A stretch of 64,000 bases of DNA, taken from Oscillospiraceae bacterium (GTDB lineage: Bacteria; Bacillota; Clostridia; Oscillospirales; SIG519). The translations under genes were made by a program, and so were the position numbers. The DNA lies in the NCBI GenBank assembly GCA_015067255.1, contig SVMS01000007.1, forward strand, positions 1,352 through 65,351. Reading direction: 5' to 3'. Positions 46,331 through 53,946 of this stretch are shown one piece after another; within the stretch, counting starts at the first letter, position 1; every line of letters starts with the position of its first letter. The notes under the pieces are model-generated. The model was given only the letters and a program-made list of their open reading frames with translations. It was not told where the DNA came from and did not search any database.

Positions 46331-47409
46331 TTTTCACATCTCTCTTTTATCTCTTCAGAAAGTGCTTTGCCTATCAGCACAGCGCTTCTTTTTGTTTCCT
46401 CTAAAGTGTTTCCGCAGGATCCTATCTCAAGTAACAAATATCCTTTGGAAAGATGCATATTGTATCTGCTGTCCCTCAGCATAATAGGTCTTGTCAGTCC
46501 TGAACAGCTTTTATCAAGCCTGCCTTGAAGAGATACCGCAAGACGCAAATTATTTTTCCAGTTATCGTTGGGAAGCGAAGCTGTTCCCGTACCTATAACA
46601 ATCATAACCTGTGCCATTGTAATACCGTCCTTTTCTATAATGGGGCGGTATTTTGTTTTATTCTGAGCTATTAAAGAATCCCTGTGGACATCAAGAACAA
46701 CTTTAATAGTGGGATTTTTCTTTAAAATTTCCTCTGCTGTTTTAAGCGAACGGCCGTATGCCCCCGAATAGCTTTCGCTGTCGTGTAAAACGGTGGAATG
46801 AATAACTCCTATGCCGTTTTTCTCAAGCTCCTGCGCCAATACAGCACCCACCGCAACTACATTTTCCGAAGTATCTTCACTGCGAAAGCTTGCAGCTGCA
46901 TCATATTTTTCAGCTCCGCTTAAATTAAAGCTTTCTGTTGCGTGAGTATGCAAAATCAAAACCTGCGGACCTTGCTCAGAAGCCTTCAGACCCAAATCCA
47001 GCTTTCTTTCAAAAATAGCCTTAATATCAGGCTTTTTAGTGCTGTTATCCTTTATTAAAACATCGTTATATATTAAATAGCCATCACTTGAGGAAGGCTT
47101 AAGGGTAACAACAGATACGGGCAGTTCTGTCTTTTGGTCGTCATATTTTTTAAAATACGGCTGTGAAAAGCTTTGCTGTGCATAAGTAAAGCTTTCTGCT
47201 TCTTCATAAAACCTAAGCAGTGAAAAAGCAGACTCTGCTAAAACCTTCGGCAAAGGAGCTTTTGATATATTCCCCGTCAGCCACGCTCCCGGCAAATTGC
47301 AGTAAAATCCGTTTAATACAATATTTTTTAATGTTTGTATTTTCATTCCCGAAATGAGTACAACAACAGGTAAAATTAACGTAAGTGCATAAAATAAAAC
47401 TTTTTTCAA
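46327..47409 (-). CDS. spoIIP: stage II sporulation protein P
   Basis: ILHTHATESF and VLDVHRD amidase-like motifs. Adjacent to gpr, as in Bacillus. Confidence 0.9.
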   Translation of the reverse strand: MKKVLFYALTLILPVVVLISGMKIQTLKNIVLNGFYCNLPGAWLTGNISKAPLPKVLAESAFSLLRFYEEAESFTYAQQSFSQPYFKKYDDQKTELPVSVVTLKPSSSDGYLIYNDVLIKDNSTKKPDIKAIFERKLDLGLKASEQGPQVLILHTHATESFNLSGAEKYDAAASFRSEDTSENVVAVGAVLAQELEKNGIGVIHSTVLHDSESYSGAYGRSLKTAEEILKKNPTIKVVLDVHRDSLIAQNKTKYRPIIEKDGITMAQVMIVIGTGTASLPNDNWKNNLRLAVSLQGRLDKSCSGLTRPIMLRDSRYNMHLSKGYLLLEIGSCGNTLEETKRSAVLIGKALSEEIKERCEK

Positions 47410-47462
47410 ATTATATCTCTTCCTTTATTTTAAATAATATATAATATGAAAAAATTTTATTC

Positions 47463-48392
47463 TTATGCCAACAAGCTTTCCATTTCTTCAATTGAAATAT
47501 CGCTGTTTACAGCCTTATTTATACTAAAGCCTACTATTTTCGAGATTTCCGTAATAATAAAATCTATATCCTTAGGTGTTACAAAAACGTTTTCATCGTA
47601 AGGTGTAAGTGCTTCTCTTATCGCCTCGTTTTCTTTTTCATCGGGTTCTTTTCCGCTGAGCCTCGACATAACATCTGCCGTCAGAGTTGCGGCATCTACA
47701 ACTGTGGGCACTCCTACCGAAATAACGGGTACGCCTAAGCTCTCTTTTGATATTTTTGCTCTTTGATTGTCCACTCCGCCGCCGGGAACTATTCCGCTGT
47801 CGCTAAGCTGTACTGTTGTAGCAAGCCTTGACATTCTCCCCGAGCATAGAGCATCAATAACAATAACTGCCGCAGGATTTATTTTATTTACTATTCCCTT
47901 TACTATTTCCGCGGTTTCCACTCCTGTCTGTCCTAAAACTCCGGGCGAAATTGCGGCTACGCTTCTTAATTTCCTTTGTTCATAATATTCCTTTGCATAA
48001 GCTTTAAGATGTCTTGTAACAATAATATTCTCTATTGCTTCGGGACCTAAGGAATCGGGAGTAACCTTACTGTTTCCCAAGCCTGCTATAAGCACGGTGT
48101 CATCTTTTTTCAGCTCTATAAGCTTCGAAAGCTCACTTGCAATAAGCTCAATAAGCTTTACAAATCTTTCACCGTCGCTGAAAACATCATCAAATTCTAT
48201 TGTTATATAATTACCAACAGGCTTATTTAAAAGCTCTGCTCCCTCTTCATTTACTATTCTGACTCTGTTTATTTTAAAACCGTCAAATTCCTCGCAATCG
48301 TTCTCAACACCCTTGAGAGTCCCTTGTCTTTGAACTCTTTCCTGTTCTTCTAATGCAAGGTCGGTACGTGAAACCACATTTTTTTTGCCCAT
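47463..48392 (-). CDS. gpr: GPR spore germination endopeptidase
   Basis: RTDLALEEQE..., GLGNSKVTPDSLGP, VIVIDAL motifs. Confidence 0.92.
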   Translation of the reverse strand: MGKKNVVSRTDLALEEQERVQRQGTLKGVENDCEEFDGFKINRVRIVNEEGAELLNKPVGNYITIEFDDVFSDGERFVKLIELIASELSKLIELKKDDTVLIAGLGNSKVTPDSLGPEAIENIIVTRHLKAYAKEYYEQRKLRSVAAISPGVLGQTGVETAEIVKGIVNKINPAAVIVIDALCSGRMSRLATTVQLSDSGIVPGGGVDNQRAKISKESLGVPVISVGVPTVVDAATLTADVMSRLSGKEPDEKENEAIREALTPYDENVFVTPKDIDFIITEISKIVGFSINKAVNSDISIEEMESLLA

Positions 48393-48428
48393 TTTAAAGC
48401 CCTTTCTTTATATAGGTAGTTTTTTGTT

Positions 48429-48458
48429 TAGTTTTCACTATTTTACAAGCAATTATTC
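48429..48458 (-). promoter_or_regulatory. possible forespore (sigma-F/G-like) promoter of gpr
   Basis: The minus strand reads GAATA-N18-AAAACTA, compared with the GHATR-N18-CATxxTA consensus. The match is imperfect. Confidence 0.3.
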
Positions 48459-48549
48459 ATATAATAGTGATAAATTTATAGTAGATTTTATTATTTTAAA
48501 GTGCTAAAATATTCCCAATTAAAAACTTTTATGACAGGGAAGGATAAAA

Positions 48550-49617
48550 ATGGACAAATTTAAAAAATGGTTATCTAAGTTTTTTATTGACGGATTATCA
48601 GGTATGGCGTTAGGTCTTTTTTCGACGCTTATCGTAGGCACAATAATCCAGCAGATAGGAACTCTTATAGGCGGAAATATAGGTGACATTATTTTCACCT
48701 TAGGTAAGGTTGCCGCTTCTGTTACAGGTGCAGGAATAGGTATAGGCGTTGCTTATAAGTTTAAAGAGAGCGCTCTTGTTGTTTTCTCCTCTGCCACTGC
48801 AGGTATGATAGGCGCTTTTGCATCAAAAATAATTGCAGGTACTATTGTTGAAGGCTCCGTTGTTGCTTTTGCAGGTCCCGGTGAACCCTTGGGCGCATTT
48901 ATTGCGGCATATGTTGCTATTGAAATAGGTCATTTAGTATCGGGTAAAACAAAGGTTGATATTCTTATTACCCCTCTTGTTACAATAGCGGCAGGCTCTG
49001 TGGTAGGCCTTTTGTTAGGACCTCCTATTTCAGCTCTTATGAATGGTTTAGGCTCAATTATAAACTGGGCTACTGTTCAACAGCCCTTTGTTATGGGTAT
49101 TGTTATTTCAGTTTTGATGGGTATTTTCCTTACTCTTCCCATAAGCTCTGCGGCAATCGGCGTTGCTCTCGGTCTTTCGGGTATTGCGGCAGGTGCGGCT
49201 ACTGTTGGCTGTTGCTGTAATATGGTAGGCTTTGCAGTTGCAAGCTTCCGTGAAAATAAAACCTCAGGTCTTCTTGCTCAGGGAATAGGTACCTCAATGC
49301 TTCAAATGCCAAACATTGTTAAAAAGCCTATTATTTGGGTGCCTGCAATTGTTGCCAGTGCAATTTTAGGTCCTGTCAGCACTATGCTTTTCAATATGAC
49401 AAGCAACAGCGTCGGTTCAGGAATGGGCTCTGCAGGCTTTGTAGGTCAGATTATGAGCTTCCAGACAATGATTGCTACAGAAAATATCTGGATAGTTCTT
49501 ATTAAAATTGTTGTAATTCAGTTTATTCTGCCCGCTGCTATCTCTCTTTTAGTAAGTGAATTTATGAGAAAAATGAACTGGATTAAATTCGGCGATATGA
49601 AGCTTGATATGCAATAA
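48550..49617 (+). CDS. PTS EIIC-like polytopic membrane protein with no EIIA/EIIB partner nearby
   Basis: About 10 TM helices and Gly-rich segments. The family assignment is from memory only. Confidence 0.5.
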   Translation: MDKFKKWLSKFFIDGLSGMALGLFSTLIVGTIIQQIGTLIGGNIGDIIFTLGKVAASVTGAGIGIGVAYKFKESALVVFSSATAGMIGAFASKIIAGTIVEGSVVAFAGPGEPLGAFIAAYVAIEIGHLVSGKTKVDILITPLVTIAAGSVVGLLLGPPISALMNGLGSIINWATVQQPFVMGIVISVLMGIFLTLPISSAAIGVALGLSGIAAGAATVGCCCNMVGFAVASFRENKTSGLLAQGIGTSMLQMPNIVKKPIIWVPAIVASAILGPVSTMLFNMTSNSVGSGMGSAGFVGQIMSFQTMIATENIWIVLIKIVVIQFILPAAISLLVSEFMRKMNWIKFGDMKLDMQ

Positions 49618-49723
49618 AATTATTTACAAAAATTACTTATAATAAAAAATTAACCTTTGCAAAAAATACTATTGCAACGAAAAAATCGTAGCAACAGTTT
49701 AACGCAAAGGAGTGTAAACAATT

Positions 49724-49912
49724 ATGTCTAACAAATCATTAGTTCCTCAGGCTAAAGAAGCCCTTGACAGATTTAAGATGGAAGCTGCAAATGAAGTAGG
49801 CGTTACCTTGAAGCAAGGCTACAACGGCGACCTTACAGCAAGACAGGCTGGTTCTATCGGCGGTCAGATGGTTAAGAAGATGATTGAATCCGTTGAAAAC
49901 GGAATGAAATAA
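49724..49912 (+). CDS. alpha/beta-type small acid-soluble spore protein
   Basis: KMEAANEVGV...LTARQAGSIGGQMVKKMIE is the SASP signature. Confidence 0.92.
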   Translation: MSNKSLVPQAKEALDRFKMEAANEVGVTLKQGYNGDLTARQAGSIGGQMVKKMIESVENGMK

Positions 49913-49922
49913 TAAGATAACA

Positions 49923-49957
49923 AAAATCGCAGTTTCGATTTCGGAACTGCGATTTTT
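49923..49957 (+). terminator. rho-independent terminator
   Basis: Hairpin aaaatcgcagtt/aactgcgatttt. Confidence 0.85.
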
Positions 49958-50086
49958 CACGTTGCCGAACTATAAGTGTACAAACTATTGTTTTTTGAAA
50001 TAAATCCAATTGACTTTTTTGAATAGCAATAATATAATTAATAAAAAGAAAATATGTATATTCAAGCGGTAAACAAAGGAGATAAA

Positions 50087-51118
50087 ATGGAAAAGTTAAG
50101 AACAACAATTATAGGCTGCGGCAATATATTTACAATGCATTCAACCTCTGTTGCAAATTTGAAAAACGTTGAGCTTGTAGGTGTGTGCGACATCAAAAAG
50201 GACAGAGCCGATGCCGCCGCAAAAAAATATAATACTAAAGCCTTTTACGATTACAAAGAGATGCTCGATACCTTAAAGCCCGATATAGTGCACGTATGCG
50301 TACCTCATTATCTGCATCCCATCATCTCCCGTTATGCCCTTGAAAAAGGAATAAACGTTTTATGCGAAAAGCCCATGTGCATAAAATATGAGGACGGCAT
50401 AAAAAACATTGAAATTGCCGAAAAGAATAATATCCTTTACGGAATTATCTTCCAATGCCGATACAATGATGCTTCCGTGCTTGTTAAAAAAGCTTTGGAA
50501 AGCGGAAAATTGGGAAAGGTTATTTCCGCAAGATGCGTTTTAACCTGGTGCAAGCCTGACAGCTACTATTCTCTTTCCGACTGGAAGGGCACCTGGGATA
50601 AAGAGGGTGGCGGCGTTATCATTGACCAGGCAATCCACTCCCTCGACTTAGCAAACTGGTTTATAAACGATGAGCCTGTTACGGTGCAGGCAAGCCTCTA
50701 TAACAGAAACCACGAAATAATGGAGGTTGACGACTGTGCCGAAGGCTTTATAAAATATAAAAACGGCGCAACCTTAAGCTTCTGGGCGATGAACAACTAT
50801 GGCTGTGATGAGGATATAGAAATCCGTCTTTGCTGTGAAAACGGAAAGGCTACCCTTTCCTATGACGATGCAACAATAACATATAATGACGGAACTGTCG
50901 AAAAAACAACTCAGGATATGACAGATGCCCTTGAATACGAAAACGGAAAAGATTACTGGGGCTTCCAGCACTATAAGCAGATAAAGCAATTCTATGAAAG
51001 TGTAAGAGGCAACGAAAGGCTTGAAATAAGCGCAAAAGAGGCTTTGAAAATTCAAAAGCTTGTATGCGCAATTTATGATAACGGCAGTTTTACAAAGAAA
51101 AGCGATAATAAAATATAA
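50087..51118 (+). CDS. Gfo/Idh/MocA-family oxidoreductase
   Basis: MEKLRTTIIGCGNI Rossmann start; EKP motif. RBS AAAGGAG before the ATG at 50087. Confidence 0.85.
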   Translation: MEKLRTTIIGCGNIFTMHSTSVANLKNVELVGVCDIKKDRADAAAKKYNTKAFYDYKEMLDTLKPDIVHVCVPHYLHPIISRYALEKGINVLCEKPMCIKYEDGIKNIEIAEKNNILYGIIFQCRYNDASVLVKKALESGKLGKVISARCVLTWCKPDSYYSLSDWKGTWDKEGGGVIIDQAIHSLDLANWFINDEPVTVQASLYNRNHEIMEVDDCAEGFIKYKNGATLSFWAMNNYGCDEDIEIRLCCENGKATLSYDDATITYNDGTVEKTTQDMTDALEYENGKDYWGFQHYKQIKQFYESVRGNERLEISAKEALKIQKLVCAIYDNGSFTKKSDNKI

Positions 51119-51129
51119 GGAGCTTTATT

Positions 51130-51786
51130 ATGATTTTTGAAAAAAATGACAAAATAGTTTTTGCAGGCGACTCGGTTACCGATATGGGAAGCGTTTGCCC
51201 CTGCGGTGAAAGACTGGGAAAAGGTTTAGGAGAAGGCTATCCAAATATAATTGACTCTCTTCTGGCAAGCTGTTATCCCGAGCTCAATATAAGAGTTATC
51301 AATTCGGGAATAAGCGGCAACACAAGCCGAGACCTTCTTGCACGTTTTGATACTACTGTGCTTAATCACAAGCCCGATTGGATAAGCATCTGCATAGGAA
51401 TAAATGACGTATGGCGTCAGTTTGACTCTCCTTGTATTCTTGATTTTCATATCAGCCCTGAGGAATACGCTGAAAATTTAGAAAAAATGATAGTTTCATC
51501 AAAAGCAGAGTGTAAGGGCGTTATAGTTTGTACTCCCTATTACATAGAAAATCTCAGAGAAGATAAAATGCGTGCCCGTATGGACGAATACTCTGCAATT
51601 TGCAAAAAGCTTGCAGAAAAATATGGCTGTATTTTTGTAGATTTTCAGACAATGTATGAAAACTACTGTCAGATATGCCACTCTTCAAGTGTAGCTTGGG
51701 ACAGAGTGCATCCCAATCAGATAGGTTCAACTCTTATGGCAAAGGAAATTCTGAAGCATTGCGGCTTTGATTTCAATCACAATTGA
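51130..51786 (+). CDS. SGNH/GDSL hydrolase
   Basis: VFAGDSVTD block I, GINDV block III, D..HP block V. Confidence 0.85.
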   Translation: MIFEKNDKIVFAGDSVTDMGSVCPCGERLGKGLGEGYPNIIDSLLASCYPELNIRVINSGISGNTSRDLLARFDTTVLNHKPDWISICIGINDVWRQFDSPCILDFHISPEEYAENLEKMIVSSKAECKGVIVCTPYYIENLREDKMRARMDEYSAICKKLAEKYGCIFVDFQTMYENYCQICHSSSVAWDRVHPNQIGSTLMAKEILKHCGFDFNHN

Positions 51787-51796
51787 GGCTGCTTTT

Positions 51797-51907
51797 ATGA
51801 CTAACCAAATTGACATTCTTATATTTGCAGGTCAAAGCAATATGCAAGGACAAACGGAGTGCTGTCCTACGCCAAACGAAGCAGGAAACGCACTTGCAAA
51901 ATTATAA
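51797..51907 (+). pseudogene. 36-codon N-terminal stub of a sialate-O-acetylesterase-like (GQSNM) esterase
   Basis: My translation gives MTNQIDILIFAGQSNMQGQTECCPTPNEAGNALAKL-stop. The catalytic-Ser block GQSNM is present but the rest of the enzyme is absent. A terminator hairpin follows at 51914-51945. Confidence 0.5.
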
Positions 51908-51994
51908 ACTAAAGAGCTGTTTTTTACAGCTCCTTTCTTTTATTAAAAATAGTGAAAATTTTTAAAATGAACTATATTCAAAGAAAGTATGCAA

Positions 51995-52038
51995 ACAAAA
52001 AACAGCACCTGATTCCATAAATGGACTCGGGTGCTGTT
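51995..52038 (-). terminator. terminator of the split HTH gene
   Basis: Hairpin aacagcacc...gggtgctgtt with a T run on the minus strand. It overlaps the stop codon. Confidence 0.7.
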
Positions 52039-52445
52039 AATTTTCGATTTCTAATATATCGTCTATGCCGCAGTTAAGAGCTAAACATATTCTTTCCAAA
52101 ACATAACTATCATATCTCTTCACCTTGTTTTTATAATGATTGTAGTTTGTCGAAACGCTGAAAAGCGTTTCAATAAGCCGATTTTATCGGCTTTGTGAAA
52201 TCAAATTCTATAAAATTTAATTTCACAAGACAATCATTGCAATGGTTATTGTCAAATTTTCTTTGAAAATTTGCTTCCAAATCATTGATTTGGTGTCGAA
52301 ACAGTATTTCGTATTACTGTTTCGACTAACTATAACCATTATAATAGTTATCAATAATTTGATACTGTATTCCCGTGCGTTTTGAAAGCTCATAGCGACT
52401 AATATTAAAGTTTGCAAGTGCTTTATCCAAACAAATTCTAATCAC
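52037..52445 (-). pseudogene. Cro/C1-type HTH gene (66 codons when repaired) interrupted by a 202-bp insertion
   Basis: GTG at 52445 with RBS GAGGTGA. The 5' part encodes VIRICLDKALANFNISRYELSKRTGIQYQIIDNYY. The 3' part encodes NKVKRYDSYVLERICLALNCGIDDILEIEN-stop (52037). As it stands, it terminates after 39 codons inside the insert. Confidence 0.7.
52137..52338. mobile_element. 202-bp MITE-like element: 20-nt TIRs, flanking TTATAA direct repeat, hairpin-rich, no ORF
   Basis: The TIRs tgattgtagtttgtcgaaac and reverse complement tggttatagttagtcgaaac match at 17 of 20. TTATAA lies at 52131-52136 and 52339-52344. The element carries two exact TGTCGAA boxes (52148-52154, 52294-52300) and a 12-bp perfect subterminal stem. 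Confidence 0.65.
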
Positions 52446-52556
52446 AAAATCACCTCACATATATATTTTAACCAATATATATGCACTTGACAATTTTCTT
52501 ATATAAATATATACTTATATAAAGATATAGGTAAAAAATAATAGAGCGGTAATAAA

Positions 52557-52739
52557 ATGATGTTTGTTGGAATAACCCGTCGTATTGACGAGCTTGGTCG
52601 CATTACAATTCCTTCGGAGATACGCAAAACTTATCAGCTGGGAAAGAATGATGAAGTAGAAATCTTAGGGACCGAGGATGGTATTCTGTTACGTGTCCCC
52701 AATATACAAATAACAAAATTAAATGAAGAAAAAGACTAA
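52557..52739 (+). CDS. AbrB/SpoVT-type swapped-hairpin DNA-binding protein, 60 aa (copy 1)
   Basis: GITRRIDELGRITIPSEIRKTYQL matches the AbrB N-domain signature (VRKVDELGRVVIPIELRRTL). It lacks the AbrB C-terminal domain. Confidence 0.85.
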   Translation: MMFVGITRRIDELGRITIPSEIRKTYQLGKNDEVEILGTEDGILLRVPNIQITKLNEEKD

Positions 52740-52775
52740 AGGAGAAGGCTCAAAACGAGCGCTTCTCCTTTTTAT
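52740..52775 (+). terminator. rho-independent terminator
   Basis: Hairpin aggagaag/cttctcct plus ttttatt. Confidence 0.75.
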
Positions 52776-52785
52776 TGTGAATTTT

Positions 52786-52944
52786 CTATTGGTTTTCCGT
52801 GTTGTTTTTTCTTTTTTGATTTTTTTCTTTAGGCTTTTCAACCTTTAAAAGTCTGTAAGGGTGAGCCTCGGTGCAATCCCCGTAATCCTGAAACTCAAAA
52901 TCTCTGTCAAATTCCGTTTCATAATTTCTGTTTATTCTTTTCAT
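52786..52944 (-). CDS. unannotated 52-aa highly charged protein
   Basis: My translation gives MKRINRNYETEFDRDFEFQDYGDCTEAHPYRLLKVEKPKEKNQKRKNNTENQ. RBS GGGAGG lies 7 nt upstream. The ORF is below the size cutoff of the track. Confidence 0.4.
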   Translation of the reverse strand: MKRINRNYETEFDRDFEFQDYGDCTEAHPYRLLKVEKPKEKNQKRKNNTENQ

Positions 52945-53127
52945 TGTAAAGCCTCCCTTTTAAACCTATTCTATGTTGTTGCAAAAAAAATATACAGTTA
53001 AATACAAAAATTTGCTTCTTAAATTAGCTAATCGAATTGAAACAACGCTATTTGCTTGTTCAACTAACGATATCCTTTTCGTATACTTGAAGTAAAGAAA
53101 TAATGCTATACGCTTAGGAGTGACGAA

Positions 53128-53448
53128 ATGGACAAGAAAGCATTGGGCAGTAAATTGAGAGAAGCCCGTAAGTCTAAGGGGTATACACAGGAAGTGCTTG
53201 CAGAAAAGGCAGATATCGGTGTTATGTACCTTGGAGAAATAGAACGTGGTATTAAGATGCCGAGTATGAATATCTTTATTAAGCTAATCGAAGCTTTGGA
53301 TATTTCAGCAGACTACGTGTTAAGAGATGAGCTTTCCTCGGGTAAAGAGTATGTGTTTGACGAGATTACAAATAAACTGGCAGGCTTAACTCCGCAACAG
53401 AGAAAGACCGCTGCGGATATTTTAGATGCATACCTACGCAATTTATAG
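53128..53448 (+). CDS. XRE-family (SinR-like) HTH regulator
   Basis: LREARKSKGYTQEVLAEKADIGVMYLGEIERG; RBS AGGAGTG. Confidence 0.85.
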   Translation: MDKKALGSKLREARKSKGYTQEVLAEKADIGVMYLGEIERGIKMPSMNIFIKLIEALDISADYVLRDELSSGKEYVFDEITNKLAGLTPQQRKTAADILDAYLRNL

Positions 53449-53450
53449 AA

Positions 53451-53489
53451 GATGCCGTTGAAAAGATGCCGACAACGGCATCTTTTTTT
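53451..53489 (+). terminator. rho-independent terminator
   Basis: Hairpin gatgccgtt/aacggcatc plus ttttttt. Confidence 0.85.
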
Positions 53490-53523
53490 ATCTTTTTCAA
53501 GAAATTTTTATTTAACAACACAA

Positions 53524-53530
53524 TTCGACA
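53524..53530 (-). promoter_or_regulatory. candidate Spo0A box about 80 nt upstream of AbrB-like copy 2
   Basis: The minus strand reads gTATAATgaaaatttTGTCGAAtt. Confidence 0.4.
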
Positions 53531-53609
53531 AAATTTTCATTATACAAGTGATAACATTGGCGTAAAGCATATAAAATATGCTATTAGCTAATATGAAAGA
53601 GGTAATAAA

Positions 53610-53792
53610 ATGATGTTTGTTGGAATATTCCGTCGCATTGACGAGCTTGGCCGCATTACAATTCCTTCAGAAATACGCAAAACTTATCAGTTGGAAAAGA
53701 ATGATGAGGTTGAAATTATAGGAACTGAAGAGGGTATCCTATTACGCGTTCCCAATATACAAATAACAAAATTGAATAAAGAAAATTTTTAA
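53610..53792 (+). CDS. AbrB/SpoVT-type DNA-binding protein, 60 aa (copy 2)
   Basis: 53 of 60 residues are identical to copy 1. The similarity starts exactly at the RBS (ggtaataaaatgatg) and ends at the stop. Confidence 0.85.
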   Translation: MMFVGIFRRIDELGRITIPSEIRKTYQLEKNDEVEIIGTEEGILLRVPNIQITKLNKENF

Positions 53793-53922
53793 TTCAAATA
53801 ATGCATAGATGTATCGAAATTTCACAAGGCTTTTACTTATCTTTTTCATTGTAAAGGTTATATACCCGTAGCAATTTTTAAAAAAGCTATTGATTGTTTT
53901 AAAAATAGGAGTATACTTATTA

Positions 53923-53934
53923 TATAATGTCGAA
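53923..53934 (+). promoter_or_regulatory. TATAAT overlapping a TGTCGAA box
   Basis: tatataatgtcgaaaagagg lies upstream of the membrane-protein gene. Confidence 0.35.
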
Positions 53935-53946
53935 AAGAGGTGGCGT

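Noticed and set aside
49618-49723. An attempt to place a sigma-G promoter upstream of the SASP gene.
   Set aside because: I found only weak partial matches (AATACTA, CAGTTTA) and no properly spaced GHATR -35, so nothing is reported.
52223-52417. A 64-aa minus-strand ORF from the track.
   Set aside because: It spans the junction between the MITE-like insert and the 5' part of the HTH gene in a different frame, and it has no RBS. It is an artefact of the insertion.
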